The position numbers were made by a program, and so were the translations under genes. This document shows positions 52,780 to 64,000 of a DNA stretch of 64,000 bases, piece by piece. The notes below the pieces were generated by a model. The model was not told where the DNA came from, did not search any database, and was given only the letters and a program-made list of their open reading frames with translations. Position 1 is the stretch's first letter. Every line of letters begins with the position of its first letter. The DNA is from Eledone cirrhosa (lineage: Eukaryota): contig OZ024761.1 in the NCBI GenBank assembly GCA_964016885.1, forward strand, positions 19,530,001-19,594,000, read 5' to 3'.

Positions 52780-54170
52780 GTAAGTGTGTTTGTGTGTGTG
52801 TGTATATCTGTGTCTATGTCTGTGTATTTATATGTGTGTTTGTGTGTGTATATCTGTGTCTCTGTGTGCACTGTGTCTGTGTATGTATATGTGTGTTTGT
52901 GTGTGTATCTCTGTGTCTCTGTGTCTGTGTGTGTATATGTGTGTTTGTGTGTGTATATCTGTGTCTCTGTGTGCACTGTGTCTGTGTGTGTATATCTGTG
53001 TCTCTGTGTGTACTGTGTCTGTGTTTTTATATGTGTTTGTGTGTGTGTATATCTGTGTCTCTGTGTGTACTGTGTCTGTGTATGTATATGTGTGTTTGTG
53101 TGTGTATATCTGTGTCTCTGTGTGTACTGTGTCTGTGTTTTTATATGTGTGTTTGTGTGTGTATATCTGTGTCTCTGTGTGTACTGTGTCTGTGTATTTA
53201 TATGTGTGTTTGTGTGTGTGTATATCTGTGTCTCTGTGTGTACTGTGTCTGTGTTTTTATATGTGTGTTTGTGTGTGTATATCTGTGTCTCTGTGTGTAC
53301 TGTGTCTGTGTATGTATATGTGTGTTTGTGTGTGTATATCTGTGTCTCTGTGTGTACTGTGTCTGTGTTTTTATATGTGTGTTTGTGTGTGTATATCTGT
53401 ATCTGTTTTTATATGTGTGTTTATATCTGTATCTGTTTTTATATGTGTGTTTGTGTGTGTATATTTGTATCTGTTTTTATATGTGTGTTTGTGTGTGTAT
53501 ATCTGTATCTGTTTTTATATGTGTGTTTGTGTGTGTATATCTGTATCTGTTTTTATATGTGTGTTTGTGTGTGTATATCTGTATCTGTTTTTATATGTGT
53601 TTGTGTGTGTATATTTGTATCTGTTTTTTATAATTGTGTTTGTGTGTGTATATCTGTATTTGTTTTTATATGTGTGTTTGTGTGTGTATATCTGTATCTG
53701 TTTTTATATGTGTTTGTGTGTGTATATCTGTATCTGTTTTTATGTGTGTGTTTGAGTGTCCATAGGTAGTTGAAGTGATGTCCTGAAATTTCACAATGAG
53801 TTTTAGGCTAAAATGGGGTCTTGCTGGTGTGTGTGGGTGTGTGTGTGTATTTGTGGGTGGGTGTCTGAGTATTTCTATGTGTGTATGTCTATATATTTCT
53901 ATGTATATATTTCTGTGTGTGAGTGTGCCTGTATATTTCTGTGTGTGTGTGTGTGTATGTATATTTCTGTGTGTGTGTGTCTGTATTATATTTGTGTATG
54001 TGTGTGTTTGTATATTTCTGTGTATGTGTGTGTCTATATTTCTGTGTGTGTGTGTGTCTGTCTATATTTCTGTATGTGTGTGTGTCTATATTTCTGTATG
54101 TGTATGTTTGTATGTCTGTGTACTTCCCTGTGTGTGTATGTGTTTGTCTATATTTCTGTGTGTGTGTTTA
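52780..54170. repeat. Compound (GT)n-derived minisatellite
   Basis: Recurring tatatctgtgtctctgtgtgtactgtgtctgtg units. Confidence 0.9.
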
Positions 54171-54431
54171 TATGTGGAGGTGGTGTCCCAAGATTTCACT
54201 GTGAGCCATGCTAATATTTGGCCTGGTTAGTGAGTAGGTATATGTGTATGTCAGAGAAAGTGAGAGTGTGTGTATATATATGCCTGTATATGTGTGTGTG
54301 TGGAGTCCTCAAATTTTGCAATGAGTGGTGCTAAGATTTGCCTGACTGGGGGTGTGTGGGTGTGTCTTTATATACATGTGTGTGTGTGTGTGTATAAATA
54401 TATATATATATAATATATATATATATACATA

Positions 54432-54469
<38 letters not shown>

Positions 54470-54731
54470 CATATGTATATATATATATATATGTAAGAAT
54501 ATTTTCGAAACAGCGAGTGGGTTTGAAATTATTAGAAATGTAAGTTATCGCCGTATTTTGACTAAAGAAATTAAAGAAATTATTTAGCCTGATAGTGGGG
54601 TTAAGAACCTTCGGAGAAATGGAAAAAAATGAGTATTGACTCCCATGTACGTCAATACTCATCTTTTTCCATTTCTCCGAGGGTTCTTAACCCCACTTTC
54701 AGGCTAAATAATTTCTTTAGTCAAAATACGG

Positions 54732-54822
<91 letters not shown>

Positions 54823-55422
54823 GGTGTGTTTATGTATTTCTGAATATATATATATATATAACGAAGGAAATGTGGTAAGGAACCAGATGGACCATAACGC
54901 ACCAAAGTACTCAATACTTAGGGTAGTAGAGTGGGTAATAGGAACGAGTAGGACTCCGACAGCTGAGCTCAAGCCGTTTCGATGGCTAATTCTGGATTAA
55001 TATATATATATATATGTGGATGTGTTTATGTATATCTGTGTATGTGCATGTTTGTGTTTATATATATTATCATCAACATCATCATCATTTTACGTCCCCC
55101 TTTTCCCTGCTTGCAAGGGTGGGACGGGTCCTATATGTGTGTGTGTGGGGGGGGGGGTGTATGTATATCTGTGTGTATGTGTGTGTGTTGGTATATATGT
55201 GTATGTGTGTCTATGGGTGTTTTATGGATGTGTAAACGAAGGAGAATGACCATAAGACTGGTGTCCAGTTTATCCCCAGACCGATGACTTGACCTGAATA
55301 CCAGCAAACTGAATGTCGATATATAGACACTGGGGAAGACCTGGCAGTGATGTGGTCCTCCTCCTCCAGGTTATTGATGAATTCATTGACTAATTCCTCT
55401 TGTGTCATTTAAAATTTTTCAG

Positions 55423-55460
55423 GTAAAGGTTGTTATGGGACGCCCCCTCGACGAGGAAAC
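55423..55460 (+). CDS. LIN9: LIN9 coding exon 3 (38 nt; GKGCYGTPPRRGN)
   Basis: tttttcAG|gtaaag...ggaaac|GTAAGT; phase 1 to 0, exactly bridging exons 2 and 4. Confidence 0.75.
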
Positions 55461-55589
55461 GTAAGTGATTTTAAAAATATTTCAAAGCTGTTTATCTTAC
55501 TAGATTAACTTGGTCGTAGTTTATACCATACAGCATTGTTGTTCTTGCTGAGTAGGGCTGATCAGCTTTCTGTGTATGGAGGTGATACA

Positions 55590-55840
55590 GTGTTTAGGGA
55601 GTTGATCCAATGTTTATAGAGAATACCCAATGTTTAGAGAGATGATCTAGTGTTTGGGGAGATGATATGATGTTTAGAGAGATGATCCATTGTTTAAAGA
55701 GATGATCCAAAGTTTATAGCAATGATCAAGTGTTTAGAGAGATGATCCAAAGTTTATAGTGATGATCCATTGTTTAGGGAGATGATTCAATGTTTATAGC
55801 AATGATCTAGTGTTTAGGGAGATGATCAATTGCTTAGAGA
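55590..55840. repeat. ~21-bp tandem repeat
   Basis: gagatgatccaatgtttag(a/g)-like units. Confidence 0.85.
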
Positions 55841-56378
55841 ACAATACTTTAACATCAGTATGAGTGACCAGTTTGAACAGAAAGAGGTGAGAGAATTCTG
55901 GCCAGATATGTCCAGTTTAAATGCTAAAGGGCTAAACAGCTTAGTACCATAGAACCAACAATAGCCAATTTCAAGGGATTTGTTACTAAGAGGGTTAATC
56001 CTTTAGCATTTACATTACTCTATATTTACTATTGTATTTTCACTGTAAAGGCTTTATCTCTCATAATTATCTCACATCACTGTAAAGGCTTTATCTCTCA
56101 TAATTATCTCACATCATCTCGAATCAGTGAGATGTTGATATTTATTTTGAAAACAATACCTTAACATGAGTGGCTAGTTATGGCTGGTTTGAACCGAAAG
56201 AAGTGAGAGAATTCTGGCCGGATATGGCTGGTTTAATTGCTAAAGGGTTAAACAGCTTAGTACTGTAGAACCAACCAGGGCTGGTTTTAAGGGGTTTTGT
56301 AGTAGGAGGATTAATAGAAACAAATAAAAGAATTCATGAAAGTCATTCCAACATTTTTCTTTTTTTATTGTTTTGTAG

Positions 56379-56495
56379 CCTCAGAGAATACGGAAGAAGA
56401 ACTCTCGATTTTACAATGAGGAAGAAGAATCTGGTTATTGTGTGAGAACTCCGAAGAAACAAGCAAAAACACCCACATCCAATTTATCAACATCG
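56379..56495 (+). CDS. LIN9: LIN9 coding exon 4 (PQRIRKKNSRFYNEEEESGYCVRTPKKQAKTPTSNLSTS)
   Basis: ttttgtAG|cct...tcg|GTAAAT; 117 nt, phase 0-0; basic-acidic-TPK pattern like the LIN9 N-terminus. Confidence 0.85.
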
Positions 56496-57395
56496 GTAAA
56501 TGTAGCATCATCATCATCATCACTGTTTAATGTCCATTTTCCATGTTTGAATGAGTTAGATGGGCTGTCATGTTATGAAGCCAGACAGGCAGTGCCGAAT
56601 TTACCATTGTGCTTAGGTGAGCTTAAGCACAGGGCCCCATTGGCTTTTGGCAGCTCATCTTCCTGCCAAAAAATTTGTTTACCTCCTTCAGGGCCTGATA
56701 ACTTAATTAGCACAGGACCTCATTTGTCCTGAATCCGGCACGCCAGACAGGTCAGGTGACCCGTCTTGCTTAATCATCTGTTCTATTTTGGGGTTCAGTT
56801 TTTCTATGGCTGGATACCCATCCTAACACCAACCACTTTACAGAGTGTACTGGGTGCTTTTTGTCAGAGCACCAATACTACCACTTTGCAGGGTGTACTG
56901 GGAACATTTTTTTTTTCTTGTCACTAGTACAACCACTTTACAGTGTGTACTAGGATTCATTTTTGTGACACCAGTACTATCACTTTACAATGTGTACTGG
57001 AAGCCATTTTTTGTGGCACCAGTACAACCACTTTATAGTGTGTACTGGGTGCTTTTCTTCATGGCACCAGCACAACCACTTTACAGTGTGAACTGGTAGC
57101 TTTTTTTTCTTGGCACCAGCACAACCATGCTACAGTGTGTACTGGGTGTTTTTTTTTCTCAACACCAGTACACCCACTTCACTGGGTGGACTGTGAGCTT
57201 TTTTCATGGCACCAGTACAACCATATATATGTTATATTATTTATTTATGTTCATACATGGAACAACGGCACTACCCAAGGCTTCAAGGCCCAAATTTGAC
57301 TATACTTCCAAAATACAAGAAGTATCAAATTAGTGACCTTTCATCAGGCACTTATATGAGTTTATAAGATACTGTTAAAAGTCTATGTGTGTGTC

Positions 57396-57445
<50 letters not shown>

Positions 57446-57794
57446 ATTGCAACTCAATCATATATATATATATATACACCGACCAATCAAAATTGTTTTG
57501 ACTACAAGAATTTTTGCAACACGAATTGGTGCGAAATTTATAGTGCTTATTCATGTGACATTCAACAACCAACCAAATCTTAATACCTCCCAAGCCACTT
57601 TTTTCACATAAAACAGGAAGAATTTCCAAAACTGATCAGATTAGAGAAAAAATCACGAGCACTCTATCTCAAAATTATTTTTGAAAAGCATTAGAAATGC
57701 GCAACCAGTAAAAACTTAAAACTAAAACTGAATACAAACTAATACTTATTACTAATTTATACTTATTTCTAATTAAACTATTTTTCCTTTTTAC

Positions 57795-57839
<45 letters not shown>

Positions 57840-58128
57840 TAAAAAGGATAAGAAAATGCTGACAAATTTTCCCAGTGAAAAATAGTTTAATTAGGAATAA
57901 GTATAAATTAGTAATAAGTATTAGTTAGTATTCAGTTTTAGTTTTAAGTTTTTACTGGTTGCGCATTTCTATATATATAAATCAGGATGGATTCAGTTAG
58001 AAACTGGTTAGACCATTACTCACCAGATTCTGGAACTAGCTGTTGAAATGGCAAGAGCTCAGCTGTTGGGGTCTTGACTCATTCATATATATATACACAC
58101 ACACACACACGTATATATATATATATAT

Positions 58129-58176
<48 letters not shown>

Positions 58177-58232
58177 TATATATATATATATATAAGAAAC
58201 TAATATATATTTTATCTCTTTTTTTCTAACAG

Positions 58233-58363
58233 TATAATAGACTTTCCAGCACACCTGACAAAAAAAAAGCATATGCTATTGGTATCCCTCTTCGCAACCT
58301 GCTCAAGTTACCTAAAGCTCACAGATGGGTCTGTTACGAATGGTTCTACTCAAATTTAGATAT
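58233..58363 (+). CDS. LIN9: LIN9 coding exon 5 (...STPDKKKAYAIGIPLRNLLKLPKAHRWVCYEWFYSNLD)
   Basis: Diagnostic LRNLLKLPKAH.W..YEWFYSN.D at the start of the DIRP region; ctaacAG| and |GTAAGT; phase 0-2. Confidence 0.96.
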
Positions 58364-59706
58364 GTAAGTGGTTAAAATTTGGTTTTAACAGTGACCGCTT
58401 GACCTATTGACACACTTCTGAGGCATTATATATGGGTGTGGTGTAGTGTGGTAGTGAGGACAGGTGTGGTGCTGTAGTGTGGTAGTGAGGACGTGTTGTG
58501 TTGTAGTGTGGTGGTGGTGTGTGGTAGTGAGGACGTGTGGTGGTGTAGTGTGGTAGTGAGGACATAGTGTGTGGTGGTGTAGTATGGTAGTGAGGACATG
58601 TTGTGTAGTGGTGTAGTGTAGTAGTGAGGATGTATTGTGTTATAGTGTAGCAGTGAGGATGTGGTGTGTTGTGTTGCAGTTTGGTGGTGAGGACATGGTA
58701 TGTAGTCAAATCAGTAATTTTACTGATAATATCTTTTTTTTTTTTTTCTCCACAATTGGATGAGATACTCTGGCTGCATTGGAACGTCTGTAGTGATGTA
58801 TAAATAAATAGTAATACTAATCCTTGGTCATATTGAATTTTGAATTGTAAATGCTCTGCTACTGTAACTGCCCTTTATTCATCCAGATTTATGTTCATTC
58901 CTGAAACGTTTAATTTAAATTAAATCTGCCTTCCTAACAACAACTAACCTCCCGGCCGGTCCTGTAAGACCTTCACAGGGATATTCCCTTGATAATAGGT
59001 TTTTAAACCTGAAAATATTTGGGATAATTAAATTTGCTATGGTAAAATGCTATCGTTATCTTGGCACCTTTAATTTTCTAATGCATTGTATGGCTTTTAG
59101 AATTATTTAAATTTATATTTCCTATTCAACAATACTTCAAGCAAACTACAACACTCTGAAATCTTATAACAATTCATTGATGAAAGCCTTTTGTGACTGA
59201 AAAAATTTGAAATAAAACACTACATTTTAATTTTATATATGTATTATTTGGGCTTCTCATCATTTAAAATGATTATATTGTCACATCTTTCATCGTTGTT
59301 TTATTGTTCGCTTTCCCTGCTAGCAAGGGTTAGATGGGTCTACTTAGACTAATTCAGTCTTGAGGTGGAACCACTGATCTCCCAGGCAAGACAGGGATGG
59401 CTACGTCTAGCTTATGTCTGTATCGTGTTCTATCGAGTGCACGAGGGAGGTTGCCATGTCTTTGACATGACTGAGGGGTACTCCCAACCCTTTGTTTGGC
59501 AGGTTGGATGCTCTTTCTATCACCAGCCACTTTACAGCATGTACTGGGTTTGTTTAATGTGTAGATCAAACAGTAGAGAGGTTGTCACGTCCTTCACATG
59601 ACTGATGGGTCCTTATGCTTTTAAAAACTGCTTTGAAACTCAATTCATTCATCATCATCATCATACGTCCACTTGTATCATTATTACTATTTATATTTAT
59701 TTTCAG

Positions 59707-59832
59707 GCCTTTATTTCAAGGAGAAAACGAATTCTGCAGTTGTTTGAGAGAGTCTTTCCCCCAGCTTAAAACGAAACTTTTACGGAGAGTAGAATGGTGC
59801 AAGATTCGACGCCTCATGGGTAAACCTCGTAG
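59707..59832 (+). CDS. LIN9: LIN9 coding exon 6 (DIRP domain; PLFQGENEF...EWCKIRRLMGKPRR)
   Basis: Hallmark R.EW.KIRRLMGKPRR; ttttcAG| and |GTGAGT; phase 2-2. Confidence 0.98.
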
Positions 59833-60054
59833 GTGAGTGGATGGGATTGGTAAATAGTGCTTGTTTACTCTCCTTGTTTTGTTCCTCACTTCTCCTAATG
59901 ACATATATACGTATATATATGTTAAGTATGTGTATAACTACAGTTATATTGAAATGATTGTAATATGCCAATAAAGTTTATATATATGCTGCAACAGTGA
60001 CTTTGATCCTACTATATATATATATATATATATATATATCATTTCATCATCACC

Positions 60055-60387
60055 ATCATTTCATTTTACGTCCACTTTTCCCTGCTTGCAAGGGTGGGAC
60101 GGGAACTGATTCTGGCTTGATTTCTACAGCTGGATGCCCTTCCTAACACCAACCTCATTTACAGTGAGTGCTGGGTGCTTTTTTGCCGTGGCACCTGCAC
60201 GACCACTTTGCAGTGGAATGATATGGACCCCAGTCCTTATCATCTCATTTCTACAGCTGAGTAAACTGGAGCAATGTGAGATAAAGTGTCTTGCTCAAGG
60301 AAACAACACATCACCCGGTCTGAGAATTGAACTCACAACCTTTCGATTGCAAGGCCAATGCTCTAACCACTAAGCCATGTGCCTCCA
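60055..60387 (-). mobile_element. SINE family S2, full length
   Basis: Near-identical to 3965-4296. Confidence 0.85.
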
Positions 60388-61105
60388 TATACACACAGAT
60401 ACATAAATTCGTTTTCAAATATAAAAACCGGAAAGGTGTAGGTGAAAAAGTTATATCAGCTCAAAATACGATAATTTATTATAATAAACTGTACACAAGG
60501 CTACGTATAATATTTAAAAAAAAGACATTTATATGATTCCTACTTTGTTAGGTTATTTACATGTGGAGTAAATTATTCATTAAAATATGTTACTGAACAC
60601 TTATGATGTAAATATGTGTTTGGTAACATAGTTTAATGTGTATATATATATATATGAAAACAGGGAGAAAAAGACGATTATTAGGAATAAAAATATATAT
60701 ATATATATATACATATCAGATAGGGTGTCGTAAAATACCAGGTGGACCATAACCCACCAGAGTACTTGATACTTGGAGTAGTAGAGTGGGTAATATGAAA
60801 AGATTCAGGACCCCAACGGCTGAGCTTCGGCCGTTTGACAGCTAGATCTGAACTAAAGTGCTAGTATTCAAACGGCCGAAATCTAGCTGAACTTATCAAG
60901 GGGTACAGTCCATATATGAGCAGACAGACAAAGCAAAAAATCTTAAAAGTTTGTTTTGATCTGACCACTCCCGGAGAAAAACCCCCCAAAAAACCCAACA
61001 AACTTTTAAGATTTTTTGCTTTGACTGTATGCGCATATATGGACTGTACCCCTTGATAAGTTCAGCTAGATTCTGGCCGGAGCTCAGCCATTGGGGTCAT
61101 GAATC

Positions 61106-61160
<55 letters not shown>

Positions 61161-61339
61161 GGATATATATATATATTGGTGAATGTTTGACTTTGGAATA
61201 TAGTCTTATAGGTTGGGTATATAAAACCTGAAGATGGAAAAAATTTGGTACAGCACCACCTGTGGGGCTCGAACCCACTCCTGCAATATATCGTTAAGTA
61301 GGTGTGGGTTTGAGTCCCACTAACTGGTCAGTATTTATA

Positions 61340-61685
61340 CCTGTGGTAACTAGCCTGTTAGTTTCCACACCTGTAATGACTAGCTGTTACCTGGTCACAC
61401 CTGTGGGTATTAACTGTTTCAGTTTCCACAGGTGTGGTGACTAACCAGTCAATATCCACACTTGTGCGGACTAGCTGTTATCTGTTCACACCTGTGGGTA
61501 TTAACTGTTTCAGTTTTCACAGGTGTGGTTACTAACCAGTCAATATCCACACTTGTGGGGACTAGCTGTTATCTGTTCACACCTGTGGGTATTAACTGTT
61601 TCAGTTTCCACAGGTGTGGTGACTAACCACTTAATATCCACACTTGTGGTGACTAGCTGTTATCTGTTCACACCTGTGGTAACTA
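61340..61685. repeat. ~30-bp monomer / 91-bp higher-order repeat rich in CACACCTGTG/CACAGGTGTG
   Basis: tcacacctgtgg at 61395, 61486, 61577 and ~61667. Confidence 0.9.
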
Positions 61686-61716
61686 ACGACTATAATGTGT
61701 TGTCTCTTCTTCTCAG

Positions 61717-61874
61717 ATGCTCAGCAGCTTTCTTCAAAGAGGAACGAGATGCCCTTGACCAGCGCCGATGTAAGATTCGTTTACTGCAGCAGCGGAAGTT
61801 ACGGGAACTGACCAACTTCAAAGACTTGCCAGAAGAAATTCCTATGCATTTAGTCATTGGGACTAAAGTTACAG
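61717..61874 (+). CDS. LIN9: LIN9 coding exon 7 (CSAAFFKEER...KIRLLQQRK...DLPEEIPMHLVIGTKVT)
   Basis: End of DIRP and start of the Tudor-like domain; tctcAG| and |GTAGGG; phase 2-1. Confidence 0.98.
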
Positions 61875-61894
61875 GTAGGGTTATATATTTATTT

Positions 61895-62390
61895 GTTTAG
61901 CTCTCTAATGAGAATGTATTTAACTCTCTAATTAGGATATATTTCGCTCTCTATTGAAGATCTACTTAGCTCTCCAGTGAAAATATATTTAGCTCTTTAT
62001 TGAGGATATATTAGCTCTCTAATGAAGTTGTATTTAGCTTTCTAGTAAGGATATATTTAGCTCTCTAGTTAGGATATATTTAGCTCTCTAATGAGGATAT
62101 ATTTAGCTCTCTAGTTAGGATATATTTAGCTCTCTAATGAGGATATATTTAGCTCTCTAATGAGGATATATTTAGCAGCCTAATGAGGATATATTTAGCT
62201 GTCTATTGGGGATGTATTTAGCTCTCTAATGAGATTGTATTTAGCTCTCTAATGAGATCGTATTTAGCTCTCTAATGAGGATATATTTAGCTCTCTAATG
62301 AGGGTATATTTAGCTCTCTAATGAGGATATATTTAGCTGTCTATTGGGGATGTATTTAGCTCTCTAATGAGGTTGTATTTAGCTCTCTAA
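61895..62390. repeat. ~23-bp tandem repeat
   Basis: atatatttagctctctaatgagg units, about 20 copies. Confidence 0.9.
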
Positions 62391-62752
62391 AAACTGTTTT
62401 GAGCCCCGAGGCTCATCAGGTTGGTGCTTATCTTGGTTTCTCTGGCATGAAACTGAGATGTCAATCATCATCATCATGGCCATGCTATTGTCCTATAAGT
62501 TGATTATGAGCTGTAACCTTTTCCTTCTTACCTTCCTACCACTCTCTGCCTACATCATCATCATCATCATCATCACCGTTTTATGTCCATTTTTCCACAC
62601 TGGCATGGGTTAGACAAGTCCTGTTGTGGGCAATGCTAGGTCAGGGGACCATGTCTTGCTCATACAGAACTGTTTCTGGATAGGTTTCTACAGCTGGATG
62701 CCCTTCCTAATGCCAACCTCATTTACATATATTTCAACCTTTTTCTCTCCAG

Positions 62753-62886
62753 CACGGTTCAGGAAGGTACAGGATGGTTTGTTTACGGGCTGTGTGGAAG
62801 CCCTGGACACTGTTAACAACACATACAGAGTGATCTTTGACCGAGTTGGCTTGGGTACACATTCTATCTCCGACTACGAGGTTCTG
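62753..62886 (+). CDS. LIN9: LIN9 coding exon 8 (Tudor-like; ARFRKVQDGLFTG...YRVIFDRVGLGTHSISDYEVL)
   Basis: DGLFTG and YRV.FDR.GLGTH.I.DYEVL motifs; ctccAG| and |GTGAGT; phase 1-0. Confidence 0.98.
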
Positions 62887-63089
62887 GTGAGTTCCTTTTC
62901 CTTCTCTATTTCTTCCCTTTCTCCCTCTCTCCTTTCTCCTTCTCCCTCCCCTGTCACTTCCCTCTCTCCTTCTCTCTCTTCTCCTTCCCCACTTCCTTGC
63001 TCTATTTCTTTTCAGAACAATATTTAGCTATTATATATAGATATATATATATATAATGATAATCTCTCTTTCTCTCTGTATATATATAT

Positions 63090-63406
63090 ATCATCATCAT
63101 CATCATTTTGCTTGCAAAGGTGGGACGGGAACTGATTCTGGCTTGATTTCTACAGCTGGATGCTCTTCCTAACACCAACCTCATTTACAGTGAGTGCTGG
63201 GTGCTTTTTGCCGTGGCACCTCCACGACCACTTTGCAGTGGAATGATAGGGACCCCAGTCCCTATCATCTCATTTCTACAGCTGAGTAAACTGGAGCAAT
63301 GTGAAATAAAGTGTCTTGCTCAAGGAAACAACACATCACCCGGTCTGAGAATTGAACTCACAACCTTTCGATTGCAAGGCCAATGCTCTAACCACTAAGC
63401 CATGTG

Positions 63407-63410
<4 letters not shown>
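63090..63410 (-). mobile_element. SINE family S2
   Basis: Near-identical to 3965-4296 with a small 3' deletion. Confidence 0.85.
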
Positions 63411-63469
<59 letters not shown>

Positions 63470-63720
63470 GTGTGTATTTTCGTATTTGTGCTCATAATTT
63501 GGTGTCAATAATATACTGGTTGGATGCCCTTCCTATTACCAGCACCACTTTACAGCATGAACTGGGTGCTTTTATTCGTGCCACCAGCACTCGAGAGGTT
63601 GTCTTACTGGACTCAGAGGCCCTCTCCACCCCATAACTTTGGGATGGTTTTAATGGCTCAATGCAAATTTTATCACCTCCATTTTACAGCATGGACCAGG
63701 TACTTTTATTCATGCCACCA

Positions 63721-63763
<43 letters not shown>

Positions 63764-63947
63764 TATATATTTATTTATTTGTAGATATTAATAGTATAGT
63801 ATACACAACTACCCATCCCCCTTTCTCCCCCACTCTTTCCCCCACACTGTCCAGACCAAATATTTGACCTGTTGACAAACAGGTTGATAAACTTCACCCC
63901 CACCCCCAAAGTATATTTGATATTTGAACATCTTTCTCCATTCCCAG

Positions 63948-64000
63948 AGCACAAGTCCACAGGAAACGACGCCTTTATCAGCATTTCAGCAGCGACACCG
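63948..64000 (+). CDS. LIN9: LIN9 coding exon 9, truncated by the window edge (STSPQETTPLSAFQQRH)
   Basis: ttcccAG| phase 0; resembles vertebrate S.EPHETMPIAAF.QK. Confidence 0.88.

Noticed and set aside
58240-58249. Alternative AG acceptors for LIN9 exon 5
   Set aside because: Both shift the frame relative to exon 4; only the AG ending at 58232 preserves it.

Overview
Repeat-rich animal genomic DNA, probably an octopod cephalopod (inferred from the SINE families and extreme microsatellite load; not verified). It contains the 5' nine coding exons of LIN9 (MuvB/DREAM subunit; + strand, ATG at 36122, running off the right edge) with a compact CCAAT + CDE/CHR-like promoter. A divergently oriented, unidentified minus-strand gene has an acidic N-terminus and candidate microexons. 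Five identical tRNA-His(GTG) genes form a cluster split by a 200-N gap. There are many SINE and LINE remnants (RTE, CR1/L2, CRE-like, Tx1-like) and minisatellites derived from them. The most unusual signal is a set of short elements embedded in (TA)n tracts and arranged as fold-back hairpins. At least one family carries a complete type I hammerhead ribozyme fold, and several families share a small bulged 3' stem-loop, consistent with Penelope-like or retrozyme-type termini. Almost all ORFs in the supplied track are microsatellite or repeat artefacts.
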